Below, piece by piece: positions 14,287-26,151 of a stretch of 64,000 bases of DNA. Under the pieces are notes generated by a model. The model searched no databases, was not told the origin of the DNA, and worked only from the letters and a program-made list of their open reading frames with translations. Numbering within the stretch: position 1 is the first letter of the stretch; the number at the start of each line of letters is the position of its first letter. The translations under genes were made by a program, and so were the position numbers. Source of the stretch: Octopus sinensis (Eukaryota); assembly GCF_006345805.1 (NCBI RefSeq), contig NC_043008.1:62868001-62932000 (forward strand), written 5' to 3'.

Positions 14287-14439
14287 GTACCGGCTAGTTT
14301 ATTTTCAAATGGCGGTGCCCCAGCATGGCCACAGCTCGTAAGCTGAAACTAGAATCAATCAATCAATAGTGACCATGTGACCGACCAAGCAATTATATGT
14401 TGTTACACATCACTGGTCACAATTCACTTTTGCATTGTT

Positions 14440-14842
14440 TTATATTTCTTTACTGCCCACAAGAAGCTAAACATAGAGGGGACAAACAAGGACAGACAGA
14501 GGGATTAAGTCGATTACATCAACCTCAGTGTGCAACTGGTACTTTAATTTATCGACCCCGAAAGGATGAAAGGCAAAGTCGACCTCGGCGGAATTTGAAC
14601 TCAGAATGTAACGACAGACGAAATACCTATTTCTTTATTACCCACAAGGGGCTAAACATAGAGGGGACAAACAAGGTCAGACAGAGGGATTAAGTCGATT
14701 ACATTGACCCCAGTGCGAAACTGGTACTTTATTTATCGACCCCAAAAGGATGAAAGGTAAAGTCGACCTCGGCGGAATTTGAACTCAGAATGTAACGACA
14801 GACGAAATACCGCTAAGCATTTCGCCCGGCACACTAACGTGT
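14440..14842 (-). mobile_element. tRNA-derived SINE family B, tandem dimer
   Basis: Reverse complement of consensus GCGAGCTGGCAGAAACGTTAG...GAGTTCAAATTCCGCCGAGGTCGACTTTGCCTTTCATCCTTTCGGGGTCGATAAATTAAGTACCAG; two units joined at GAAATACC|TATTTCTTTA. Confidence 0.9.
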
Positions 14843-15063
14843 CTGCCAGCTCGCTGCCTTGCTTTTGCATAGTTTTAGCCTTCAAATGATACCATCCAGT
14901 TGGCTAGGAGAGCAGGCCAGCATCCCCTACTGATCAAAAGGGAGGCTGAAACAACATGAAATAAAGTGTTTTGCTCAAGAACACCACACGCCACCAAGCC
15001 ATGGAACTGAACCCACAATCTAGCAATCATAAGTGCAACAGCCTAACCACTAGAGTCATACAC

Positions 15064-15442
15064 GTAGGGAAGCACTCCGTCGGTTACGACGACGAGGGTT
15101 CTGGTTGATCTGAATCAACGGAACAGCCTGCTCGTGAAATTAACGTGTAAGTGGCTGAGCACTCCACGGACACGTGTACCCTTAACATAGTTCTCGGGGA
15201 CACAGAGAGTGACAAGGCCGGCCCTTTGAAATACAGGTACAACAGAAACAGGAAGTAAGAGTGAGAGAAAGTTGTGCTGAAAGAGTACAGCAGGGATCAC
15301 CACCATCCCCTGCCGGAGCCTCGTGGAGCTTTTTAGGTGTTTTCGCTCAATAAACACTCACAACGCCCGGTCTGGGAATCGAAACCGCGATCCTATGACC
15401 GCGAGTCCGCTGCCCTAACCACTGGGCCATTGCGCCTCCACT
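15064..15442 (-). mobile_element. tRNA(Arg)-like SINE family C with 10-bp TSD, inserted into the head of a family-D-like SINE (14860-15060)
   Basis: Head GGAGGCGCAATGGCCCAGTGGTTAGGGCAGCGGACTCGCGGTC; AGTCATACAC at 15054-15063 and 15443-15452. Confidence 0.9.
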
Positions 15443-16454
15443 AGTCATACACCTACACAGTATCTCATAGTATTCTATAGTATTCAACTCAATAGGGTTG
15501 AGTCTTTTTCAACTGCATAATATATTTTAAGGTTTCACATTGACAGTATTTACACTTTTTTGATATTTATAGTCTATAGCTTCTTTTGAAACTTCATTTT
15601 TTCTATTTAATCTGTTAAATCATTAGACTTTCTTTCAATGTTTGGTATTTATATAAACTTCATCTGACAAATATTTGTTCATATGCAAATACTTTTTCAC
15701 ATACCTGTATTAATTTTAAATCCTTTATGTGTTTATGTGTATTTCTTTTGATTCAACCTTTCTATGTTTCTATGTTAAAGCAGATTTAATAGCAAAATAA
15801 TTTTTCGTTTAATCTGCAATAGTACTGAAGGGCAGAATCAAGGTAAGTGCAACTGTATATATTTCTTGCCAAAAATCAAAATGGTTATATATTTACTGTG
15901 TCAATGTATAAAAAAGTAAATTCTTCTATGGCTTAAATTCTCTGAAGTGTCAACAAAGGGTATAAGAGTTCCAGTCACACTAGTTTCTTTGTTTTACTTG
16001 CTCCTGAGGTTTAGACCTTTAGCATTCAGATCTCCCTACCAAATATAAAGTTTATTTACTTACATTGATTTGAATAGTCATGTATTACCTTATTGCTTTG
16101 AGATTTCAGGGACATGGTTGTTTATTTTTAGAATCTTGGCACAAGAGTGGCTGTGTGGTAAGAAACTTGCTTCTCAACCCCATGCTTCCAGGTTCAGTCC
16201 CAGGATCATGGCACATTGGGCAGGTGTTGTCTACTATAGCCTTGGGTTGAGCAAAGCCTTCTGAGTGGAATTGGTAGACAGAAACTGAAAGAAGCCCATC
16301 ATACACACACACACACACACACACCACACACACACACACATACACACACACACACACATATATATATACACATATATATATACATACATACATATATATA
16401 TATGTATATATATATATGCTTTATTTAAAAGCAGCAGAAAAAATTCAACAAAAC

Positions 16455-16492
16455 CTGTTACTCTGAGTTTCACATTCCTGTTCGTCAGACAG
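16455..16492 (-). ncRNA. Minimal type I hammerhead ribozyme (left arm)
   Basis: CTGT-CTGACGA-ACA(GGAA)TGT-GAAAC-TCAGA-GTA^-ACAG: stems I, II and III and all core nucleotides present. Confidence 0.85.
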
Positions 16493-16505
16493 ATTCTAGC
16501 AAAAA

Positions 16506-16543
16506 CTGTCTGATGAACGGGACCGTGAAACTCAGAGTAACAG
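16506..16543 (+). ncRNA. Minimal type I hammerhead ribozyme (right arm)
   Basis: CTGT-CTGATGA-ACG(GGAC)CGT-GAAAC-TCAGA-GTA^-ACAG; predicted cleavage after A16539. Confidence 0.85.
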
Positions 16544-16599
16544 GTTTTGTTATATATATATATGTGTGTGTGTGTGTATGTATGTCCAGAAACATCTAT

Positions 16600-17075
16600 C
16601 AAGCAAGGAAGATAGCAGAAAACAGGATGCGAGTGTCTCAAGAGATAAGGGACATGGGACTTTTTCAAGATCATCAAAGGCATGCTGCAGTACATCAGGT
16701 GGAGTCTTAAGATAGCAGGAAGAAGAGACTTTCTCATGATCAGCAAAGGTATGCTTCAGTACATCAGATGGAGTCTCAAGAGAGAAGGGAAATGAGACTT
16801 ACCCCCAAATCAGCAAAGGCATGCTGGAGCACAATGGTGAATCCTTAAAACAACATTTAGCATGCCAGATTGCACAGATGTCCAGTAGAATAGTTCTCAG
16901 AAGCAGACCACGAACAAATTCGTTCTTCCCAACTCCTGGAGCTGCTTTCAGATCTGATCTTTCCCATTGTTATAAAAACCATAATTCTGTCCAAATTGGT
17001 TTGCTAAACTCAAATTGTTGTTTCTGAAAAGCTTTGAAGTTTACTCTACAAATGTTTTGTCATTAATGCTGCACT
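16600..17075 (+). mobile_element. Helitron RepHel N-terminal relic with three 69-bp coding repeats
   Basis: 23-codon repeats (ESQERREMRL..DQQRYASVHQM) followed by AAFRSDLSHCYKNHNSVQIGLLNSNCCF*KALKF, resembling the Helitron N-terminal repeats plus Zn-finger. Confidence 0.6.
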
Positions 17076-17106
17076 TTTCTGCATCACCTGTTTCAACATA
17101 ACTGTA

Positions 17107-17141
<35 letters not shown>

Positions 17142-17574
17142 CACATATCCAAAAATGACTTCAAAGCGATATGTAATGCTTTTTAAATCAGTTTTGTATT
17201 TCCTTTTAAATCAGTTTTGTATGCTGGCTAACCACAATGAATGTTGGTATTGGTCCACAAAAGAAAGCTGATGTTCTGCTTCAACATGCTGGTAGAGCAT
17301 GGATGAGCCTTTTTTCTCTTTGAGCTCCCATTAGTTTTACCTATACACTCTCCAATATAAGTAGTTGTCATATTTCCGCACCGTCTTTCAGAACATCATA
17401 AGCTGTACACTATATTCATAAACATGCAGTTAACCTGTGGATTCATCTTTACAATTGTTCTCTGTACATAGGGGCCTATTGAAGGGATAAGTTCTTCAGA
17501 TCAGAGATTTTATGGGGGCACCAGGACTTTCTATTACTTTATTCAATAAATTCTATTAAATTCTACTAAATTTA

Positions 17575-18235
17575 TTCAATAAAATCGCCATTGGATTCAA
17601 CCACAGACTCCAGACGACTTTGGAATCGCTTGGAACTCTTCTGGATGATCTCCTTGTTTAAGTTGCTGAATGCTGCCATAATCCTTGCCTTCAGTTCATC
17701 TTTGGTGATACAAGGAGTTTTGTTGGTCTATTACTCAACTACACTCCACACATAATAATCAAGGGGGTTGAAGTTTGGAGAGTTAGGTGGCCAGATGGTA
17801 GGGGTGATGTGGTTGTAGAAATTGACTCACAGCCCATGACTGGGTTCTCCTGCTTGTGTGGAATGGTGCAGAATCCTGTTGCCAGACACAGGGAGTTCCT
17901 GCGGCCACCCTCTTGACCCAGGGCAGCACTACCATCTCCAGGCACTTGATGTAGGCTTCCATGTTGATTCTGAGGCCGTGTGGAAAGATGAATGGAAGCA
18001 TAACGTCACCATCACTAGTGATCACACCAAACGCTATGCTGTTGACTGGATGTTTCATTTCTCTCACTCACAGTACATGTTTTGTGTGTCAGATTGACAC
18101 CCGAACACTCTGAAATGTTCGTAATGGGGCTTCCAGCATGAATGCCAAGCAGTACAACAAGTCGTTTCCAAATTCCTGTTAGAGTGAATTGCATGATGGT
18201 GCTGTTTTTTTCACAAATAGTGTCCAATTGACCCT
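17575..18235 (-). mobile_element. maT/DD37D (Bmmar1-like) transposase relic
   Basis: FGVITSDGDVMLPFIF...WQQDSAPFHTSRRTQ and frameshifted WPPNSPNFNPLDYYVWS. Confidence 0.85.
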
Positions 18236-18477
18236 ACTATACTGTGTAGGTGACAAAATCAAAAACTTGTGCAATATTGAAAATATAAAAAGGTAAAAGC
18301 TTACCCATCGCAACATTGCTAGCCACTACACAATCTTTATTTTCTTTCCATGTTCTTTTCTGTGGAAGACCGTAGGCTCGAAATGTTAAATTCTTTTTCA
18401 CTTCCTGAGCGTTAAACTAATACATCTGTTTGCTGTCTACACTACCAGTCTTTGTCTTTTGTTTTTTGTGAATTATA

Positions 18478-18539
<62 letters not shown>

Positions 18540-18687
18540 TATATATATATATATATGTCGAAATTGCTAAGATGATCTGGTTCTTGACTGATGACTGAGG
18601 GCTTCGAATGTCCCGTCCTGTGGTTCTTGTGTCGTCTCTGTGGTGTTTCATGTTCTTGTCCATGTCTGTATTTAATTTTACTGTTTA

Positions 18688-18742
<55 letters not shown>

Positions 18743-19040
18743 TGAGAGAGATAGACAGACAGATAGATAGATAGATAGATAGATAGATCATCATCATTGT
18801 TATTATCAGCATCAATGAACATCTGCTTTCCTTGCTGGCATTGGTTGGATGGTTTGATAGGAATTGGTTAGGCTGGGCTGCATCAAGCTCTGTTGTCTGT
18901 TCTGACATGGTTACTTCAGCAGGATGCAGGATGCTCATCCGAGTACCAACCACTTTACAGAGTGCACTGGGTGTTTTGTATATGGCACCAAATATATATA
19001 TATATATATATAAATGAAACAAATAAAACCTTATAAATGA

Positions 19041-19077
<37 letters not shown>

Positions 19078-20839
19078 GTCTGTGTGTGTGAGTGTGTGTT
19101 TGCATGTCTTTGTGCATGCACATACATACATGTGTATTTATATATATTTCTATATTTGTGTGTGTGTGCATATATATATGTTACACATATGTGCAACATA
19201 CACATGTAACTACATTAACACACACATTCACTCACTCACTCACTCACATACACACATACACACACACACTCACACATGCACACACATCAAAAGTGAAATA
19301 TAATCTTTGCATAAGACTATTGATTGGTTTAAGATATGGGATTAATTTTTGCAGTCTTACTCTCACATAAAAGTTCAAATGAATCCTTATTTAGTTTGCC
19401 ATCAAGATGGAAATAGATTGGAATCTATTTCTAGAGATCACTTGTGAAGTAAGGGAAGAATTATGTATATTTTGATATTAGAATCACTGAAAATTGAAAT
19501 TCAATATCTCAAAATGTTCACATCTGTAATTACATTTCTAATATGTAACATGATGAAATAAAGTGCATAATATATTATCCTCTACCAATTGTTTTGTATT
19601 GCAAAGAATAATTGCAGACAAGGTGCTGTATGGTTGAGAAGATGGTTTTTCTTTTATTTCATAAGTGTGTGGAACTTGTCAACTGACATTTCCTATACTA
19701 ACTGCAGGTGAATGAAATTAGTAGGTGAAAACAGAACCTTGTTTCATATATATATATACCTACATGTGTGTGTGTGTGTGTGTATAGATAGATGTAGATA
19801 TATACATACATATATATAGATATATATACATATCATGTGATCACGTGACCGACCAGACCATCAGATGTTGTTACACATCGCAGGTCACAATGCATTCACA
19901 TTGTTTTAGCCTTTGAATGACACCACCCCGCTGGCTAAGTGTGCAGGCTAACAGAGGAAAGAGTGGGAGAAATAGTGGTGAAAGAGTACAGCAGGGATCA
20001 CCCCCCCCCCCCTGCCGGAGCCTCGTGGAGCTTTTAGGTGTTTTCGCTCAATAAACACACACAACACCTGGTCTGGGAATCGAAACCGTGATCATCCGAC
20101 CGCGAGTCCGCTAACCTAACCACTGGGCCATTGCGCCTCCACTTATATACATATATATATATGTATATATATATGTATGTATATATATATATGTATATAT
20201 ATATGTATGTATATATATATATGTATATATATATGTATATAAATATATATGTATGCATATATATATATTTATATCTATCTATCTATCTATCTATCTATCT
20301 GTCTATATATATATATATATTATATATATATATATATTCCATCTTCCATCTTACTTTTACAATATATATATAATATATATATATATATATTGTAAATGAA
20401 AGATGGAAGACAGAATATACAAAAATTTTCATTAATCACAACAATTGTTTTGGCACTTCTAGCATTGATCCCTCATGGGTGGGACAACTATTGACTGGTT
20501 CAGGAGCATTTGGCAATGCAGATGCCTTTCATCAGGTGATAAATATATACAACTTATTAAAATAACAGCTCTGCAATGTATCTTCTCCTTTCATAGAAAG
20601 AAAAGCAGCAAAACAAAGAAAATATCTTGATTTACATAGAAGATGAAAAATAAAATCACAGATGCATAGGCGCAGGAGTGGCTGTGTGTTAAGTAGCTTG
20701 CTTACCAACCACATGGTTCCGGGTTCAGTCCCACTGCATGGCATCTTGGGCAAGTGTTTTCTACTATAGCCTCAGGTCGACCAATGCCTTGTGAGTGGAT
20801 TTGGTAGACGGAAACTGAAAGAAGCCTGTCGTATATATG

Positions 20840-20872
<33 letters not shown>

Positions 20873-21459
20873 ATATGTTTGTGTGTCTGTGTTTGTCCCC
20901 CCACCATCGCTTGACAACCGATGCTAGTGTGTTTACGTCCTCGACTAAAGGCGGTGCTCCAGCATGGCCGCAGTCAAATGACTGAAACAAGTAAAAGAGT
21001 AAAAGAGTATGCAAAAAAGAAATGAACACACAATACAACAAGAAAAGTATTAAAAATAACCGTTAACAGATATGGATGTATAAACACCCATACAATGTCA
21101 TCTGTTCCTTGCAAGTATGTGAAACATACATTAAAACAATGAGAAAGGTGGAGATGATGATGATGAGGAGGAGGAGGAGGAGGAAGAGAAAGAGAAAAAG
21201 GAGAAGGATGACGATGATGATGATGGAGAAGGTTGACGACAATGATAAAGGCACAAGGCCTGAAATTTTGGCAAAAGGGGGATTACATTAACCCCAGTAT
21301 GTAACTGGTACTTAATTTATCAACTCCAAAATGATGAATGGCAAAGTCAACCTTGATGGAATTTGAACCCAGAACAAAGACGAACACAATGCCCCTAAAC
21401 ATTTTGTCCAGTGCTCTAATGATTCTACCAGCTCACTGCCTCAACAATAATGATAATAA

Positions 21460-21900
21460 TCCTTTCTACCAAAGGCAAAAGGCCTGAAACAATGGGGGTA
21501 GAGGCTAGTCGTTTACATCGACCCCAATGCTTCGCTGGTACTTAATTTATCAACCCCAAAACAAGTTGACCTCGGCATAATTTGAACTTGGAACATAGTG
21601 ACAGGCGAAATACCTATTTCATTACTACCCATAAGGGGCTAAACACAGAGAGGACAAACAAGGACAGACAAACGGATTAAGTCGATTATATCGATCCCCA
21701 GTGCATAACTGGTACTTAATTTACCAACTCCGGAAGGATGAAAGGCAAAGTCGACCTCGGCAGAATTTGAACTCAGAATGTAACGGCATACGAAATACCG
21801 CTTGGCATTTCGCCCAGCGTGCTAACGATTCTGCCAGCTCGGGAAATACCACTATGCATTTTGTCCAACATGCTAACAATTCTACCAGCTTGCTACCTTA
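21460..21900 (-). mobile_element. SINE family B multimer
   Basis: Family B units with junction GAAATACC|TATTTC at about 21607-21620; also 22780-23165. Confidence 0.85.
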
Positions 21901-23333
21901 ACAATAATGATTATATTTCTTGCTGTCATGCTATCTACTTGATATTGCATTGCACCTCAGTTTCAAACACAAATACAGGAATCTTGCAGAGTTGTGTTCA
22001 GTAGAGTTGATAGTGCAGCTAACAATTATTTATGCTTGGCTGTTCATATTATAAAACTGTGCAGCATTTGTCACAAATAAACTTAAGTCTTAGGGGCCGA
22101 GCCCATTGTAATGTGAATAGTAATCACAGTACCTTCTGTTATGGTGAATACAAGATTTACTTGTGTACTTCTAATATTATCTTTTTAGACAAACTGCTTA
22201 GTTATGGAGATGTAAACACACCAACACCAGATTTTTCTATAGCATAACTTTAAGAAAAGAAAGTCACATTAAGCTGTCTGCTAAATTTTCTTCCTGGAAT
22301 ATTCTGATTTTCATTTTTAGTGGTTAATGAAACAAACAACATTTAAAAAATTCTAATATAAAAACTGTACAATTACTTTGAAAAGGGAAAAAAATAACTG
22401 TTTATTTACAGAAAATGAAGACAATTGCATCAGTATTAATTTTTTAAATAGGTTATTATATAAAGCGATAGATAATTATTTTATCTCATTACCAAAATTA
22501 TTGGCAATTGTTGTTTCTGATATATGACATAGCATATTAATAATTGTTATACAGTTTGCAGCACAAATGGTTTGTGCTCAAATAAATTGTGAAAGTAAGC
22601 ACTTAGAAGTAAATAGTGGATTAACAATTATACATAATATTCTGAAGGAGAGAATAAGTTATGTTGGTGTTAACTTGACTATCATTTTCTATGGTAAATT
22701 TGTGAGGTTGTTTAATTTTCTGTGTAATAATTAAGTGATATTGTTCAATTATTCTGTGTAATCGGACTGTAATATTCTTCTCTAATCTAGGCACAAGGTT
22801 CGAAATTTTGGGGGAAGGGGCCAGTCGATTAGATCAACCGCAGCACACAGCTGATACTTAATTCATCAACCCCAATTGGATGAAAGGTAAAGTCGGAAAC
22901 TGAACTCAGAATGTAAAGACAGACAAAATACCTATTTCTTTACTACGTACAAGGAGTTAAACACAGAGAGAACAAAGAAGGACAGACAAACGGATTAAGT
23001 CAATTATATCGACCCTAGTGCATAACTGGTACTTATTAAATTGACCCTGAAAGGATGAAAGGCAAAGTCGACCTCAGCAGAATTTGAACTCAGAACATAG
23101 CAGCAGACGAAATACCGCTAAGCATTTCGCCCAGCATGCTAACGTTTCTGCTAGCTCGCTGCTTTAATCAAACTGGAAGTCATAGATAATCAGGGGAAAG
23201 TACACTGATGATTAAATTTCAATTAAATATAACATTTGATCGCTTATTTTCTTTATTCAAAATTAGGACAGAACTTATGGGATGACCTGATAGTTAGTAG
23301 AAGTCAGTCAGAGTGAAACCAATTAACAAAGAA

Positions 23334-23509
23334 CTACACTCCATGAGATGTGTGTTTTGAAGACACCTTGCTATGCTTGACTTCTTTTTGAACAGACTGG
23401 CTTGCTGCACTGGGCTGGGCTGGACTGGTCTGTGGTTTTCCTGCTGCTAATTTGTGCTGTTGGATCTTTGTAGGTACAAAAGAGAGGCTGGCTTTTGCAA
23501 CAACAAATA
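23334..23509 (-). pseudogene. Exon-like segment of unidentified gene
   Basis: Strong acceptor tttccttttttttatgcttcag, then FVVAKASLSFVPTKIQQHKLAAGKPQTSPAQPSAASQSVQKEVKHSKVSSKHTSHGV*; non-repetitive, higher GC than flanks. Confidence 0.45.
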
Positions 23510-24017
23510 CTGAAGCATAAAAAAAAGGAAACGAATTATGATCCAAAACCAAGTAATAAAAGTATGTATAAAAGTGAAAATAAAAACAATTGCAGTGTGG
23601 AAGGTGTTTATAAGCCATTTAAGAAACACACAAAAACTGTTAGATTCACTTCAACATTTAAATTTAATTTGTCAAACTATTTTCGTCACTCTGATAGCAC
23701 AACTTAATATATATATATATAATATATATATATATGACGGGATTCTTTCAGTTCTATCTACCAAATCCACTCACAAGTCTTTGGTCAGCCTGAGGTTATA
23801 GTAGAAGACACTTGCCCAAGGTGCCACTAAGTGGGACTGAACCCAGAACCACGTGGTTGGTAAGCAAGCTACTTACCACACAGCCACTCCTATGCCTACT
23901 ATCTAAAAATCATAAATTAGTTATTTGATGGTTGACAAATACTTAAGGCTGAAACCTTTTCAGAAAGGTCTGAGGCTAACTGAAAAAAAAAAACAAAAAA
24001 AAACTCAATAAACTCAT

Positions 24018-24412
24018 AGGCGCAGGAGTGGCTGTGTGGTAAGTAGCTTGCTAACCAACCGCATGATTCCGGGTTCAGTCCCACTGCGTGGCATCTTGGG
24101 CAAGTGTCTTCTGCTATAGCCCCGGGCCGACCAATGCCTTGTGAGTGGATTTGGTAGACGGAAACTGAAAGAAGCCCTTCGTATGTGTATGTTTGTGTGT
24201 CTGTGTTTGTCCCCCTAGCATTGCTTGACAACCGATGCTGGTGTGTTTACGTCCCCGTCACTTAGCGGTTCGGCAAAAAGTGACCGATAGAATAAGTACT
24301 GGGCTTACAAAGAATAAGTCCCGGGGTCGATTTGCTCGACTAAAGGCGGTGCTCCAGCATGGCCACAGTCAAATGACTGAAACAAGTAAAAGAGTAAAGA
24401 GTAAAAGAGTAA
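24018..24412 (+). mobile_element. tRNA-derived SINE family A (well-preserved full-length copy)
   Basis: GGCGCAGGAGTGGCTGTGTGG head, B box, short internal microsatellite, (GAGTAAA)n tail. Confidence 0.92.
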
Positions 24413-25580
24413 ACCACTTATGGAATGTTGCCAACTTCTCATCTAACTGTTTTTACAATTTTGGTAAAATATTTCAAAACTCTATCTGTGGACCATTACA
24501 GTTACAGACTTGTTAAGTGGTTTCTAGTAGGATTAAGAATTTATAACATAGAAGATATATATATTCTAAACTCAAACATTGAGATAACCCTTATGGTGGT
24601 GATGGTGGCGGTGGTGGTGGTGGCAGTGGCATTGGTGGAGTAAATAAAAAGGAATATTGACGTACGTTTACTTCAAACAGCCAACTCAGCCTAACCAACT
24701 TCTTCAACACCAATCAACTGATATGATTACATTTTATAATTAGTTTGTTAATTAAGAAGTATATTAAGAATTTAATTTTTTTCTTTTTGTTTTCTTTGGG
24801 TTTTTTTTTTGGTATCTGACTACCAAGAGGTTACCAGATAATTTTCTGTTGTTATAGCAATTAAATCTTTCATTCGTGTGGATTCTAGAATTACAAGGGC
24901 AATACTTTCTATGCCAACACTTGGCAATTATTCACTTGAGTCATCTTTTAACACGTTAATGTTTGTCTATTATTCTATTTCTCTAAATGGAATATAACTT
25001 TCTTGCTTCATTCATATTCACTTATAAATTTTCTTTGATACTCTTTCATAAAAGAATTTTAAAAAAATTTTAAAATACATCCAAATATAATTAACCAATG
25101 AACTTAATAGCATTTCTATTTGTGACTTTTCTTTTGTTTATTTAAACAATTAGCTTTTATATTTTCCAAATAATTCCTGAAGCACTTTAAACATTAAAAG
25201 CCATTACATCATAGAGTTTAACAATATGTAATAGAATGCTGATCTAATATGAATTAATTTTCAAACTAAAGTCATTAGAATTAATTCTGTAAATTTTTCC
25301 TTTTTATTGATATTTTGCTAAGTTCTTTCTTTATCTTAATAAGAGAAGTACTTGAGTAATTTGGTTTTAAATGTGTCGATACTGATGATATGAAAATATT
25401 TTGATTTCAGTCATCAAATGCTTTGTTTACTAAGCTAAAGGTGGTATAATGATACCTTTTTTCATTCATGTAAAGCCGTTAAAGTAAGACAATGTATTTA
25501 AAAAATGAAGATATATATACACACACCCCATACACCACACCCACACACAAAAAAACACACACACACATGTAAGGCAATTA

Positions 25581-26151
25581 TATTGGGTTGTCTGGAAAGT
25601 TCGTGCTGGTTCTTAAAGGAAAGAAAAAGGTCAATAAACTCTTGCCATTACATTTTTAATCTACCAAACATGAACCATTTTGTTGCACAATGCGTCTTCA
25701 TCTTTCCTTTAACTTGAAAATACCCTCTTCTCCAGAATTGAGATGGTTTTATGGCAAAGAATTCATCAAGGTATCTTTTTACGTCATCCAAGGAATTGAA
25801 ATTTTTACCATTAAGACTATTCTGTAGAGACCTGAATAAGTGGAAATCTGAAAGAGCAATATCTGGTGAATATGGAGGGTGGGATAACACATCCCAGCCC
25901 AGCTTCAGAAATTTTTGTATGGTTCCCAAAGCATCAAGTGCTGAAAAGGAACTTTCTTATCTTCCATTTTAAAGGGTTACAGAATGAATACAGGTTATAG
26001 GAACATAAACCTTGCTCCAAGAAAAGATAGCTTAAACTGTGTTCTAAATGGAGATGTAGTCAAATCCTATTTTATGGACTCAACCATGTTCTAAAATAAG
26101 TTGAAATGTAAGCTATTGTAAATCGGCACGAACTTTCCGGACAACCCAATA
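25581..26151 (-). mobile_element. Internally deleted mariner with TIRs
   Basis: TIRs TATTGGGTTGTCTGGAAAGTTCGTGCTGGTT and AATCGGCACGAACTTTCCGGACAACCCAATA; ORF 25648-25929 has HPPYSPDIALSDFHLFRSL. Confidence 0.9.

Noticed and set aside
18585-18625. CTGATGA…GAAT as a third hammerhead
   Set aside because: Lacks GAAA and no stem I or stem III pairing can be drawn
20532-21041. Recurrent ORFs such as MSSDVGGTNTDTQTY and CPRCHAVGLNPEPCGW
   Set aside because: Antisense translations of SINE family A repeated at many loci
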